64,000 nt of DNA. It comes from Nitrospirota bacterium. Lineage in GTDB: Bacteria > Nitrospirota > Thermodesulfovibrionia > Thermodesulfovibrionales > SM23-35. The translations under genes and the position numbers were made by a program. How positions within the stretch are numbered: position 1 is the stretch's first letter; each line of letters begins with the position of its first letter. A model generated the notes under the pieces. The model was not told the origin of the DNA and made no database searches. It worked only from the letters and a program-made list of their open reading frames with translations. This document shows positions 63,352 to 64,000 of this stretch, piece by piece. The stretch lies in NCBI GenBank assembly GCA_049323875.1, contig JBMOLW010000030.1, positions 224,393 to 288,392 of the forward strand, given 5' to 3'.

Positions 63352-64000
63352 TCACCGGTGCCATTTCCTGAGAAATTTTTCGAGTGTATCCCGATACGCC
63401 ATTGACAAGAGTACAATGACAATGGCAATCCCGACAAGCATTGAAAACTGGTAGTACTGCTGATTGCGGAAAAAAATTCCTCCCAGGGTAAGCATGACAG
63501 TGCCCATCAGCCTCCCCACGGTGCTGATGATGAGGAATTCTCCCGTGGCCATTGGGCCAAGGCCAAGGATGTAGCAGAGGTAATCCTTCGGGAATCCGGG
63601 GATGAGGAAGAGGATAAACACAAGCACCTCTGCCTTCCGGTGTTTCAGGAGGTAATCATACCGCTCTATCGTCCTTTTCTGCACAAACTTTTCGACAAAA
63701 GGTCTTCCGAAGGTCTTCGAGAAAAAAAAAGCAAGCCATGAACCGAGGGTCAAGCCGAGAGTTGAGAGTATTATGCCGAGGAACCCGCCATAGAGATACC
63801 CCCCGAGAAATCCCGTGACTTCCCCGGGGATGGGAGCGGCCACAACCTGAAGCAGCTGGAGTGCAATAAACCCGAACCATGAGAACGGTCCCAGAGTGTT
63901 CAGGAACGATTCAAGCCTGTTTCTGTCGAGAAAGAAATGGAACGCACCACTTGCATAGAGGACAAGAACGGTCACGAAGAAGGTGATCAGGATGAAGAGC
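63352..64000 (-). CDS. TVP38/TMEM64 (DedA/SNARE-associated) family membrane protein, N-terminus probably outside window
   Basis: LQLLQVVAAPIPGEVTGFLGGYLYG is the family signature, with a polytopic profile. The frame stays open from the GTG at 63975 to the window edge (..LFILITFF-VTVLVLY). Confidence 0.75.
   Translation of the reverse strand, partial: LFILITFFVTVLVLYASGAFHFFLDRNRLESFLNTLGPFSWFGFIALQLLQVVAAPIPGEVTGFLGGYLYGGFLGIILSTLGLTLGSWLAFFFSKTFGRPFVEKFVQKRTIERYDYLLKHRKAEVLVFILFLIPGFPKDYLCYILGLGPMATGEFLIISTVGRLMGTVMLTLGGIFFRNQQYYQFSMLVGIAIVIVLLSMAYRDTLEKFLRKWHR

Noticed and set aside
1-64000. Search for rRNA or tRNA genes, transposases, integrases, phage genes, toxin-antitoxin pairs or recognisable defence systems (restriction-modification, CBASS, Thoeris-like, abortive infection).
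   Set aside because: I found none. Every intergenic region over 150 bp was read on both strands without a cloverleaf-like or IS-terminal-repeat pattern. The only HNH protein is a YajD-type housekeeping homolog with no partner genes.

Overview
This is a 64-kb chromosomal window, roughly 50% GC from hand counts of a few 60-nt lines. It comes from a bacterium with an anaerobe-type gene set: a multihaem cytochrome c, a CooC-type ATPase, several radical-SAM enzymes and many TPR/PAS signalling proteins. The lineage cannot be fixed without a database search; the content and the REP-like repeats are reminiscent of Nitrospirota or Desulfobacterota. All functional calls rest on motif and family recognition by eye, with no similarity search. 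I can support 63 protein-coding genes, 2 copies of a structured intergenic repeat, 2 intrinsic terminators and 2 sigma70-like promoters. I saw no rRNA, tRNA, CRISPR array, transposase, integrase or phage genes. Most genes are housekeeping: recR, asnS, mgsA, cysE-cysK, trkH-trkA, guaB-guaA, ispA-dxs-tlyA, lepA-hemW, yceD-rpmF-plsX-fabH and an ODC-speE-speE polyamine operon. The window is unusually rich in signal transduction, with five histidine kinases, one REC-PAS-GAF-GGDEF-EAL protein and two PilZ modules. The best candidate for an undescribed system is a tightly coupled minus-strand cassette at 57.3-63.2 kb. It encodes a PilZ-fused SAM methyltransferase, a ketosynthase paralog whose Cys-His-His triad reads Cys-Cys-Glu, a FabZ-type dehydratase, a canonical ketosynthase, a dedicated ACP and a CrtI-like flavoprotein. 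A hybrid sensor kinase follows it, and an AT-rich compositional island partly overlaps it. The second candidate is a putative redox phosphorelay at 46.1-50.9 kb. It runs from a tetrahaem cytochrome c to a kinase with a periplasmic CxxCH and a cysteine-rich insert, then a stand-alone receiver, then a receiver-kinase. Other points are a 46-aa Lys/Ala-rich histone-like gene absent from the ORF track, a dispersed repeat with compensatory hairpin substitutions, tandem aminopropyltransferases, an archaeal-style thymidylate-synthase-fold gene behind an ABC-2 exporter, and an orphan GspE-type ATPase.
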